From a virus (lineage: Duplodnaviria > Caudoviricetes): a stretch of 27,395 bases of DNA. The stretch lies in the IMG/VR virus record IMGVR_UViG_3300046739_000137, positions 1 to 27,395 of that record; one strand, written 5' to 3'. Every line of letters begins with the position of its first letter. Position 1 is the first letter of the stretch. Under the pieces are notes generated by a model. That model searched no databases. It saw only the letters and a list, made by a program, of their open reading frames with translations, and was not told the origin of the DNA. Below, in pieces: positions 16,576-24,390 of the stretch. Both the position numbers and the translations under genes were made by a program.

Positions 16576-16590
16576 AGCCGCCATTCGTAC

Positions 16591-16626
16591 CCTTGGCGGG
16601 GCCGGCCTCCGCCAAGGTCTTTTTCT
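16591..16626 (+). terminator. Terminator/attenuator between the SSB-like and primase genes
   Basis: CCTTGGCGG-loop-CCGCCAAGG followed by TCTTTTTCT. Confidence 0.7.
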
Positions 16627-16641
16627 GTCGGGGGAACGACC

Positions 16642-19197
16642 ATGACTGAAGCGGAAGGGGCCATTGCTTTTGTCGCTGAAGTATTCGGCGACCCGATTAC
16701 TCAAGGGCCGATCTACTTCTCCAGCCTCGCCAACGAGCGCGATGGATCAGGTGAGATCCGCCTTTCGACGCGCGACCAGGAGCAGGTCGCCATGTTCATC
16801 AAGAAAAACGATCGCCCTGGCCGCGGCATTTTCGTCTGCGCCGGCACGGTCAACGGCAAGCGCAACAAGGACAATATCCTCGAAAGCGCGGCCATTTACA
16901 CCGACATCGACTTTAAAGACCACCCTGGCGTCCCGGCGGAGGCTATCCGCACTGCCATTGGCCGCGCCAAGTTGCCGCCCTCGATCGTGGTCAGCACCGG
17001 ACACGGCTACCACGTTTGGTATTTGTTCCACGCCGCGGTCAACAGCCAGACCTACCGTGACAGGCTAGAAAGTCTGCTCCGTGCGTTGGCGGTCCATTTT
17101 GGGGGCGACCCCCAGGTCGCTGAGATTAGCCGCCTGATGCGGCTCCCTGGGACGCACAACACCAAGTACGACAGCTGGGTGCCGGTGACAGCCGAGATCA
17201 CCCACGGTAATCGGTACTCGCTTAACGATCTGGAGGGGTGGCTACTCACCAACACTAGACCGCTACTCCAGCGGCGCGCCGTTATCGGTCCCCCCGACCC
17301 CGGCGGCGCGCCGAACCCTTTCCTGGCGGCCGCAGCCGCGCAGGGCTACAAACCGCCGATCGACGTCGAGGCCATGCTCGAGGCCATGGTGCCGGGGACC
17401 ATCAATGAAACCTTGGAACGGTGCACGGCCGCCTTGTTGTCGCGCGGGGAACCGCTCGAGGAGGTGCTGGCGGCTGCCATGGCCGCCTTCCGCACCTGCG
17501 CCGAGAAGCACGGTGCTACCTACAAGTGGAAACACGAGGAACGGAAGTGGCGCCGTGAGTGCCGGCGGTGGCTGGAGAAGCACCCCGAGCTGCTCGAGAA
17601 GCAAAAAGACGGACAGCCTGACCGTAAAAAAGCGACTAATTTAAATCTGTCGGCCGGCACAGAAAACGTCGTTGACCTGGGCGAGGCGCGCGCCAAGCGC
17701 AAACCGAAACCCAAGCCGACCACTGGCGACACGCCGTACATCGTGGCCGATGGCGTCATCCAAGCGCTACATGACAACCGCGAAGACCTGATGCTCACCG
17801 AGGGCGAGGTGTGGCTATATCAGGATGGGTTCTGGCGGATCCTTACCCCCAGCGACGAGCAGCGGCTGCGTGGGCTGATCCAGACCGGGTTCGAGACGAT
17901 CGAGGTGCAGCCGCGCGGTGCACAGCTGGCGCTCGCTTGGACGCGGCTGACGCAACACCCAAAACTTTACCAACAGGACGTCCCCTGGGCCGACGCCGGC
18001 ATGATCGTCTGCCGCAACGGAGTGCTACGTATCGAAACCGGGCATTTCGACAGGCATCAACCCGACACCTACGCGCGGCGGCATGTCGGCGCGACATTCA
18101 CGCCGGGTGAAACATGCCCCGTGTTCGAGCGGCTGCTGGCCAGCATGTTCTGCGATCGGCCGGACGCGATCGCGCTGATTAACCTGATCCAAGAGTGGGC
18201 CGGTGCTGCGCTAGCGATCAGCTCGCTGTCGCGCGAGCAGCGCCGCGCATTGGTCCTGGTCGGTCCATCGCGGACAGGCAAGACCGAACTGGCCAGGATC
18301 TTCGCCCTGCTCCTGGGCGACCCGATTGCAACGCCGGCCGTGTCGGAGCTGGGCGAGCGTTTCGGCCTCTCGAGCCTCTATGGCGCTACGGCCTGGATCC
18401 GCGACGATGCCATCAACGAGGGCGACAAGCTCGACCCGCAACGGTTCAAGACGATCGTCACCGGCGAGCCGATCAACATCGAGCTGAAAGGCAGGCATGT
18501 TATCCAGAACGTGCGGCTCAATACGCCAGTGCTGCTGACCTGCAACAGCCTGCCGCGAGCGCGCGACGGCTCCGATGCGATCTTCAATCGGTCGATCGTT
18601 CTCGAGATGACCAGCGTCGTTGCCGATGAGGAAGCAAAGCGCGCGCGCACCGAGATCCTGGGCAAGGCCGGCGACGTCAGCCTAGGCGCCGGTGTGTTCG
18701 AGAAGGAAAGCGCCGGGATCCTCAATTGGGCGATCCTGGGGCTGGCGCGGCTGCGCCGGCGTGGGTTCTACGACATCCCCGAGAGCGTCGCGACGGCGCT
18801 GCAGCATTTCAAGGACGAGAACAATCCGGTCGGCGAGTGGGCGCGCGAGGCCGTCGCGGTGGCGAAGGGTATGAAGGTGGAACGGCGCGATTTGGTGCGG
18901 TCGTACAATGGCTGGGAAACCGACATGGAGGGCGACGAGGCGCGCACGGTCGGCGGCCGCTGGCTACTGCCCAAGCTGCGCGCGCGCATTCCCGGCCTCG
19001 GTGACATCCAAGGTGATGGTGGCCGGCGCTACATCACCGGTATCAAACTAACCGATGTCGGCAAAGCGGCTTGGGACAGTTACGCCAAGGCGTCGGCCAA
19101 GCCGGGAGGCTTTGCGGCGACCTCAGCCGACATCAACCAGATCAATCTGCCAGATGGACAGGATGGACAGGATGTCAAAAACCAATCACGTTTTTGA
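16642..19197 (+). CDS. RepB'-type AEP primase fused to a D5/P4-like SF3 helicase
   Basis: Primase motifs DIDFK, STGHGYHVWY and RLMRLPGTHNTK. Helicase Walker A GPSRTGKT, WIRDD and motif C LTCN. Confidence 0.88.
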   Translation: MTEAEGAIAFVAEVFGDPITQGPIYFSSLANERDGSGEIRLSTRDQEQVAMFIKKNDRPGRGIFVCAGTVNGKRNKDNILESAAIYTDIDFKDHPGVPAEAIRTAIGRAKLPPSIVVSTGHGYHVWYLFHAAVNSQTYRDRLESLLRALAVHFGGDPQVAEISRLMRLPGTHNTKYDSWVPVTAEITHGNRYSLNDLEGWLLTNTRPLLQRRAVIGPPDPGGAPNPFLAAAAAQGYKPPIDVEAMLEAMVPGTINETLERCTAALLSRGEPLEEVLAAAMAAFRTCAEKHGATYKWKHEERKWRRECRRWLEKHPELLEKQKDGQPDRKKATNLNLSAGTENVVDLGEARAKRKPKPKPTTGDTPYIVADGVIQALHDNREDLMLTEGEVWLYQDGFWRILTPSDEQRLRGLIQTGFETIEVQPRGAQLALAWTRLTQHPKLYQQDVPWADAGMIVCRNGVLRIETGHFDRHQPDTYARRHVGATFTPGETCPVFERLLASMFCDRPDAIALINLIQEWAGAALAISSLSREQRRALVLVGPSRTGKTELARIFALLLGDPIATPAVSELGERFGLSSLYGATAWIRDDAINEGDKLDPQRFKTIVTGEPINIELKGRHVIQNVRLNTPVLLTCNSLPRARDGSDAIFNRSIVLEMTSVVADEEAKRARTEILGKAGDVSLGAGVFEKESAGILNWAILGLARLRRRGFYDIPESVATALQHFKDENNPVGEWAREAVAVAKGMKVERRDLVRSYNGWETDMEGDEARTVGGRWLLPKLRARIPGLGDIQGDGGRRYITGIKLTDVGKAAWDSYAKASAKPGGFAATSADINQINLPDGQDGQDVKNQSRF

Positions 19198-19480
19198 ACT
19201 GATTTTTGGCGGTTTCAAACTGCTGACAAACTGCTTTGAACCAAAGCAAACCAGCACTTAGCAAAGCACCGGCAACCAGACAACTGCTTTGCAAGTTGTG
19301 CCTGCGGCACAGGCGCTACCGGCGGGTTCAAAGCAATAAATCACTTATACTCCTCTTAGAGAGAGAGATATATAAAAAAGGGGGTATATAGAGAACAAAA
19401 AGGAGGAAAAGTAGTGTGTATAGGGGCGGGGGTAGAGAGCGGTGCCGAAACCGCTTTAGTGGGGTGACAGGCTGTCAAAA
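19198..19480. other. Putative replication origin
   Basis: Non-coding stretch after the primase-helicase, with repeated AACTGCT(TTG)/CAAAGCA units and a purine/AT-rich tract (19345-19435). Confidence 0.55.
19465..19477. promoter_or_regulatory. Palindromic operator-like site
   Basis: TGACAG-G-CTGTCA just upstream of the RBS of the 19495 gene; same core as in the 21356 and 10166 promoter spacers. Confidence 0.6.
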
Positions 19481-19494
19481 ACAGGAGGCTGAAA

Positions 19495-19983
19495 ATGACA
19501 CCAAGCGAGCTGCGAAAACGATGGGTGAAAGACGTCAATGAGGCGGCCGCGCAGTTTGAGGCGCGGTGGACGGTTATCGGGCTGCGCCGGCACGACCATG
19601 AGCTGGCGGTGCGGCTGCACGAGCAGCGGGAGATCTTCGCCGAGGCGTGTGCCACAGGCGAGCCGAACGAGGTGCAGGTCCAGGGTGCTGCCCTGGTCCG
19701 CGGCTATGCGGCCGCGGTTAAGGCAATGGAGGAGGCCGACATTCCCGACGACAGCTACTTGCTGGGGGTGTGCCCGACGACCGGGTTTAAGGTGGCGATC
19801 GGCATCCAGAAGGCCAGCCAACCCCGTGTGGTCGAGCTGCACGGCCAGGACGTCGTGTGGATTTCACCCGACGAGGTGGCAACGCTGATGGCCTCCTCTG
19901 AGGCTTTTATGACGGTGGCGGCGATCAAGCGTAAGTTCCCCGGCGCCGAGGTGGTGGAGCGTTATGCTGGCGAGGGATGTTAG
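19495..19983 (+). CDS. Hypothetical protein
   Basis: AGGAGG RBS, 162 aa, ends KRKFPGAEV. Confidence 0.8.
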   Translation: MTPSELRKRWVKDVNEAAAQFEARWTVIGLRRHDHELAVRLHEQREIFAEACATGEPNEVQVQGAALVRGYAAAVKAMEEADIPDDSYLLGVCPTTGFKVAIGIQKASQPRVVELHGQDVVWISPDEVATLMASSEAFMTVAAIKRKFPGAEVVERYAGEGC

Positions 19984-20057
19984 CTGGTTGTTTGCCGCGG
20001 CTGTCAGGGACGCGCGTGGCAGGAAGAAAACGGCGCCGGCGCCACCGCCACCGGTGC

Positions 20058-20717
20058 CTAGAAGAGGCGGAATTGCGGATCGGGCGCGTCGTTCCATTGT
20101 GCCGCCATGGCGGCGGCGATCCCCGGATAGGTAGCCGCGCGCAGCGCCCAGCGGTCATCCGAGGGCGACAGGCGGTTTTGTCCACTGTCGGTCTGGTTGG
20201 CCCAGCGTGGCCGGCCGGCGACTATACGCGGGGCGATGTGCAGGGTCGGTACTAGTGGCGGCAGGTTCTTGAGCCAGAGGCAGGTTGCCTTGCTGGCATC
20301 ATCACCAAACCAGTGCGGCTGGATGATCTGCTGTGGCTTGCCGATGGCTGTTGACAGGTGGCCGATCGGGTTTTCCATGGCAATGCGTGGGATAGGGGCC
20401 GCCAGCAGCTGGCGGACAAAAGCAACGGCCGCAAGACGTGCAGCCTTGCGGGCATTACCGACAAGGGTCTCTGGTTTGAGTTTCTGGTGATATGGACCGG
20501 GACCATAGGCCCATTCGGCTGACACCGTGAGGTAGGTGCAGTCTGGGTGGAAGATGGCGAGATCCCAGCCCTGATCGAGGATGGTGAGGACGTCGCACTG
20601 CAAATGCTGGCCACCATCACTGGCGGGCAGCAGGTCGCAAGACCAAGCGTCATGACCGTGCGCCGCAAAAGCGCGGCGCACGGATCCGGTGTGTTCACAG
20701 CCGATGAGGATTTTCAT
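20058..20717 (-). CDS. Phage C5 DNA-cytosine-methyltransferase-like protein
   Basis: ILIGCEHTG (motif I-like), SCDL, WDLAIFHPDCTYL (motif IV-like) and IAMENP (motif VI). Confidence 0.7.
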   Translation of the reverse strand: MKILIGCEHTGSVRRAFAAHGHDAWSCDLLPASDGGQHLQCDVLTILDQGWDLAIFHPDCTYLTVSAEWAYGPGPYHQKLKPETLVGNARKAARLAAVAFVRQLLAAPIPRIAMENPIGHLSTAIGKPQQIIQPHWFGDDASKATCLWLKNLPPLVPTLHIAPRIVAGRPRWANQTDSGQNRLSPSDDRWALRAATYPGIAAAMAAQWNDAPDPQFRLF

Positions 20718-20989
20718 GCCTGTTTCAGTCCATCGAGGAACGAGAGGATGTCTGTGCTTTTGGTCGCGGCTATACGCAGTTCTTCAAAGGCGGTGCCGAG
20801 AGTGCGGCCCTCGCCTTTACCTCTCTGCTTCAGGTAGGCGCTGAAGAAGTTGAGGCCGTCCTTGTTGGCATGGTCGCCCGACAGTTTCATGCCGCTGAAA
20901 GACTTGGTTATGTTCAGTTTTGTGCCGTCATCGAACCTGATGCGCAGAGTGATGTAGTCGTGCTGGTTGTTGATGGTTGCCTTGGTCAT
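20714..20989 (-). CDS. Hypothetical protein
   Basis: GGAG lies 9 nt before ATG 20989; ATGA overlap with the methyltransferase-like gene. Confidence 0.7.
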   Translation of the reverse strand: MTKATINNQHDYITLRIRFDDGTKLNITKSFSGMKLSGDHANKDGLNFFSAYLKQRGKGEGRTLGTAFEELRIAATKSTDILSFLDGLKQA

Positions 20990-21035
20990 GGTCGCGTTCT
21001 CCGGTTGTGATGAACTGGTGGGAGGAAACGGCAGC

Positions 21036-21323
21036 TTACGCTGCCAGATCCTTGCCGGTACGGGCGCTGACCTTGAGGGTCCGCACCGGGGTGACGTTGG
21101 TGTGCGCCGCAATGAACTGGCGCGAGAGGTGGGCGCGGACCGCCTTCATGTCGAGCGTCTCGCGGTTTGTCTCTGAGATGGAGACACGGAAGAGGTCGCC
21201 CTCGTAGGCGCCGACATCGAGGTCGCCGAGCGCGGCCTTGAGTTCGTCTTCCTTAGCCTTGAGCGCGGCGATCTGCGCCTTGATCTCGCCGAGGGCATCA
21301 ATGGTCTTGGTCAGGTTGGACAT
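21036..21323 (-). CDS. Small coiled-coil early protein
   Basis: GGAG lies 7 nt before ATG 21323; first gene after a consensus promoter. Confidence 0.8.
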   Translation of the reverse strand: MSNLTKTIDALGEIKAQIAALKAKEDELKAALGDLDVGAYEGDLFRVSISETNRETLDMKAVRAHLSRQFIAAHTNVTPVRTLKVSARTGKDLAA

Positions 21324-21349
21324 GTGTTTTCTCCGTTGCGATGAGGCTG

Positions 21350-21378
21350 ATATAGGACAGACTGTCAGCCCTGTCAAG
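21350..21378 (-). promoter_or_regulatory. Leftward consensus sigma70 promoter
   Basis: CTTGAC-agggctgacagtctgtc(17)-CTATAT. Confidence 0.85.
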
Positions 21379-21391
21379 TGGGTTCTGACAT

Positions 21392-21420
21392 ATTGACAGC
21401 CCTGTCTGGGTGGCCTAAAT
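21392..21420 (+). promoter_or_regulatory. Rightward promoter of the HTH gene (back-to-back with the leftward one)
   Basis: ATTGAC-agccctgtctgggtggc(17)-CTAAAT. Confidence 0.7.
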
Positions 21421-21448
21421 AAGGGCATCGCAACAGAGGAGCTGAAAA

Positions 21449-21685
21449 ATGTCTGATTGGCAGAAAGAGCGGTTGATGACGCCGCGGCAATACAAGATGA
21501 TTATCAAGGAGTTAGGGCTCAACAAGGCGTCGGCCGGTCGTTATGTGGGCGTGTCTGGCCGTACCTCGCATCGCTACGTCAGTGGTGATGCCGAGATACC
21601 GATCGCGACGGCGCTGCTGCTGCGATCGCTGGTGGCGCATGGTGAGACGCCGGTGGTACCTAAGTGGAAACGGGGGGATAACTGA
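21449..21685 (+). CDS. Small XRE/Cro-like HTH regulator
   Basis: GAGGAG RBS. Sequence MTPRQYKMIIKELGLNKASAGRYVGVSGRTSHRYVSGDAEIP...LLL. Confidence 0.8.
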   Translation: MSDWQKERLMTPRQYKMIIKELGLNKASAGRYVGVSGRTSHRYVSGDAEIPIATALLLRSLVAHGETPVVPKWKRGDN

Positions 21686-21912
21686 TGACGGGGATCTGGG
21701 GTCCGATTACATTCCTGATCGGTGTGGCGTTGGGTTTTGTGCATCCAGCGTTGGCAGTGATCTTCTGGGTGGTTGTTCTTGTGCCGGTTATCGTTGTCGC
21801 CAGCATCAGGGGAATGATCGAGGCGGGGCGGCGAAAGGCCGAGCGCGACGCTTATTTCCGAAAACTCTTGGCCGGCGAAGTGCCGTTTTCGCATGAGTAT
21901 CCTGAAGACTGA
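21685..21912 (+). CDS. Small membrane protein
   Basis: TGATG coupling to the HTH gene and two hydrophobic segments. Confidence 0.65.
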   Translation: MTGIWGPITFLIGVALGFVHPALAVIFWVVVLVPVIVVASIRGMIEAGRRKAERDAYFRKLLAGEVPFSHEYPED

Positions 21913-21939
21913 ACCAGCGTCCAACTTGACCAAGGTACG

Positions 21940-21972
21940 AGAGGGCGCCCATTGTGGCGCCCTCTTTTGTTT
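21940..21972 (+). terminator. Intrinsic terminator separating the HTH operon from the packaging genes
   Basis: GAGGGCGCC-CATTGT-GGCGCCCTC-TTTTGTTT. Confidence 0.8.
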
Positions 21973-21984
21973 CGGGGTAAGCGC

Positions 21985-22188
21985 ATGCAGAACGACTACT
22001 ACGCTGCTATGGAAAAGCAGCTGAAGGCCTTCATTGCATCCGGCTTTGGTCAACTGGCGCTGCAAATCAAAAACGACTTCATTCGCGATCGCGAGATGAT
22101 CGAGCAGCTGCGCGAGCGCATTAGCGAACTTGAGGATCGCTTCAACATGGTCAATGGCGGCCAAGCAGGGAGGGGGTTGACCCCTTAA
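21985..22188 (+). CDS. Hypothetical coiled-coil protein
   Basis: ATG 21985 preceded by GGGG. Confidence 0.55.
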   Translation: MQNDYYAAMEKQLKAFIASGFGQLALQIKNDFIRDREMIEQLRERISELEDRFNMVNGGQAGRGLTP

Positions 22189-22192
22189 ATCA

Positions 22193-22450
22193 TTGCCACG
22201 CAAAAAAATACCGCCTGACGTCAGGTCGCTAGCGCGCGGCTACACCAAGCAGTGCATCCTGCGCCTGGGAGGGCTCATGCTTGATCCTGGTAAAGATCAA
22301 TCCAACAGCATTAGCGTTGCGGCCGCGCAGATCCTGATGGACCGCGGTTGGGGCAAAGCTATCCAGCCTGTTGCCGGCGCCGACGGCGCTGGTGCGATCG
22401 AAATAACAATCAGGAAAATGTTGAAGGATGACGACGACGGTAAAACTTAA
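22193..22450 (+). CDS. Putative terminase small subunit
   Basis: TTG start, immediately upstream of TerL, contains VAAAQILMDRGWGKA. Confidence 0.6.
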   Translation: MPRKKIPPDVRSLARGYTKQCILRLGGLMLDPGKDQSNSISVAAAQILMDRGWGKAIQPVAGADGAGAIEITIRKMLKDDDDGKT

Positions 22451-23804
22451 GATCGATGTGCCATACAACAACTGGCATCCGCGGCCGCACCAGGAAAAGT
22501 TGTGGCAATACTTGGCGCGTGACGGTAAGCGCGCGATGGCTGTGTGGCATCGTCGTGCTGGCAAAGATGAAGTGTGCTTGCACCACACTGCGGTGTCGAT
22601 GATGGAGCGTGTCGGCAATTACTGGCACTGTCTTCCCGAGTATGCACAGTCACGCAAAGCGATCTGGACAGCGATCAACGCACACACCGGCAAGAGGAGA
22701 ATTGATGAAGTTTTTCCCAAACAGATCCGCGACAGCACTAACGACAACGAGATGTTTATCAGGCTTAGAAACGGATCAACCTGGCAATGCATTGGCAGTG
22801 ATACCTACAACGCCACCGTCGGCGCCTCAGTCGCCGGCATTGTCTACTCAGAGTGGGCGCTCGCCAACCCAAGCGCCTGGGCCTATCACCGACCGATGCT
22901 CGAGGAGAACAACGGCTGGGCGGCATTCATCACTACTCCCCGCGGACGCAATCATGCGTTCGAGATGTTTCGGCATTCGGCTCAATCATCAGAGTGGTTC
23001 TCCCAACTCCTCACCGTTGATGATACGCATGCACTCACTAAGGCTGCTCTCGCAGAAACGCTGAAGGAGTACACGGCGCTATACGGGGCCGATGTCGGCC
23101 GCGCCCAATATCTTCAAGAGTATTATTGTGATTGGCAGGCTTCCATCTTGGGTGCGTACTTTGCGCTCGAAATGGCCGATGTCCGCAATGAAGGGCGAAT
23201 TGTTGAGGTTGAGGCCATTCCAGGCCAGTTCGTACATCGCGCGTGGGACTTGGGAGTGAAAGACGATACGAGCATTTGGTGGTTTCAGATCGTCGGCGCG
23301 CAGCTCTTCATCCTTGACCACTACGCGGCTAGTGGCGTCGGCGTTGAGCATTACGCAACGGTCATTGAGGAACGCGAGCGCAAATACGGGTGGATGCATG
23401 GCACGGACTATGTTCCTCATGATGCGAAAATAAAAGAGTGGGGCACTGGCAAGACGCGCGTCGAAACCATGTCGGCGTTGGGGCTCAAACCCCAACTCGT
23501 TCCGTTCGCGACGTTTCAGGACGGCATCAACGCAGCCCGCCGTACGTTGCCGTTGTGCGTGTTTCATCCGAGGACGGAAGAAACCGGCATCAGCGCGCTC
23601 GAACAATACCGTCGCGAGTGGGATGATGAGAAGAAAGCCTTCCGACAATCCGACGTGCACGATTGGACAGCGCATCCGGCCGCGGCGTTTCGTTACCTAT
23701 CGCTCGCATGGCGTCAGGCAGAGCGGCGCCAGGTGGCTGAAGAACCAGAACCAGGCTGGCACATTCCGTTGCCGGTAGAAGAGCGCAAGGGGATCCGGCT
23801 GTGA
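22428..23804 (+). CDS. terL: Terminase large subunit
   Basis: ATPase motifs PRPHQ, WHRRAGKD, YSEWA and ITTPRGRN. Nuclease motifs WDLG..DD and HDWTAH. Confidence 0.92.
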   Translation: MTTTVKLKIDVPYNNWHPRPHQEKLWQYLARDGKRAMAVWHRRAGKDEVCLHHTAVSMMERVGNYWHCLPEYAQSRKAIWTAINAHTGKRRIDEVFPKQIRDSTNDNEMFIRLRNGSTWQCIGSDTYNATVGASVAGIVYSEWALANPSAWAYHRPMLEENNGWAAFITTPRGRNHAFEMFRHSAQSSEWFSQLLTVDDTHALTKAALAETLKEYTALYGADVGRAQYLQEYYCDWQASILGAYFALEMADVRNEGRIVEVEAIPGQFVHRAWDLGVKDDTSIWWFQIVGAQLFILDHYAASGVGVEHYATVIEERERKYGWMHGTDYVPHDAKIKEWGTGKTRVETMSALGLKPQLVPFATFQDGINAARRTLPLCVFHPRTEETGISALEQYRREWDDEKKAFRQSDVHDWTAHPAAAFRYLSLAWRQAERRQVAEEPEPGWHIPLPVEERKGIRL

Positions 23805-23986
23805 AGTTGTTTACTGATGACGGATTGCGCCGTGTCGCCGAAGCAATCTGCATGTCACGATCGTGCGAGGGTTCGAGCTGTTGTCAGCATCCGGCCAACC
23901 GCGGTCGCGTCGAGTGTCCGGTTAAGAAAGGCGGCTATGACGATGCGGCTATCGCCGCGATCGCAGCTGTGGGGGAATTGGTATGA
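23801..23986 (+). CDS. Small Cys-rich hypothetical protein
   Basis: GTGA overlap at its start, ATGA overlap at its end, five Cys. Confidence 0.55.
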   Translation: MKLFTDDGLRRVAEAICMSRSCEGSSCCQHPANRGRVECPVKKGGYDDAAIAAIAAVGELV

Positions 23987-24249
23987 TCATTAAACTAACG
24001 CAATGCGACGAAGCGAGACAACCAACGAAACCGCTGTGGGTCAGCATTCTGTCCATTGTCGGCTTCGAGGTGACGAAGGACGACATCACACTGCTGCGCT
24101 TTGGCGGCCTGGCTGCTTTTGTGAAGGAGACGCCAGAGCGCATCGCCGAGCTGATCAACGAGGCGCGTAATGAAAAAGCGTACGAGCAAGCGCCGGTGGA
24201 AAGCACGTACCCGCCTAGGGCGCGCCATACCGGCTTTCGCGATGGTTGA
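23983..24249 (+). CDS. FlbD-like small protein
   Basis: MIIKLTQCD...LWVSILSIVGFE...TLLRF...FVKETPERIAELI. Confidence 0.6.
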   Translation: MIIKLTQCDEARQPTKPLWVSILSIVGFEVTKDDITLLRFGGLAAFVKETPERIAELINEARNEKAYEQAPVESTYPPRARHTGFRDG

Positions 24250-24309
24250 GCACGAGCTGCGGCGTTGGTTTGTGATGGTGCCCGAGCAAAGTAACCGGGA
24301 CTTCTGGCA

Positions 24310-24390
24310 ATGGATTGGTCACTGATTGCATTGTTGGTATTGATCCTGGCGGCCGGCATTTATTTGGGGTGGACACGTTATGGCAGTTAA
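24310..24390 (+). CDS. Possible 26-aa membrane peptide
   Basis: MDWSLIALLVLILAAGIYLGWTRYGS, overlapping the portal start. Confidence 0.4.
   Translation: MDWSLIALLVLILAAGIYLGWTRYGS

Noticed and set aside
15724-16704. Long antisense ORFs (also 7379-8314, 1845-2867, 14841-15653)
   Set aside because: Typical GC-rich shadows of well-supported genes on the opposite strand.
19153-19173. GATGGACAG tandem repeat
   Set aside because: About two copies encoding DGQDGQD in the helicase tail, with no further signal.
9178-21444. CRISPR array or attachment-site repeats formed by the TTGTGATGAAC copies
   Set aside because: The copies are short, dispersed, on both strands and tied to RBSs, not regularly spaced.
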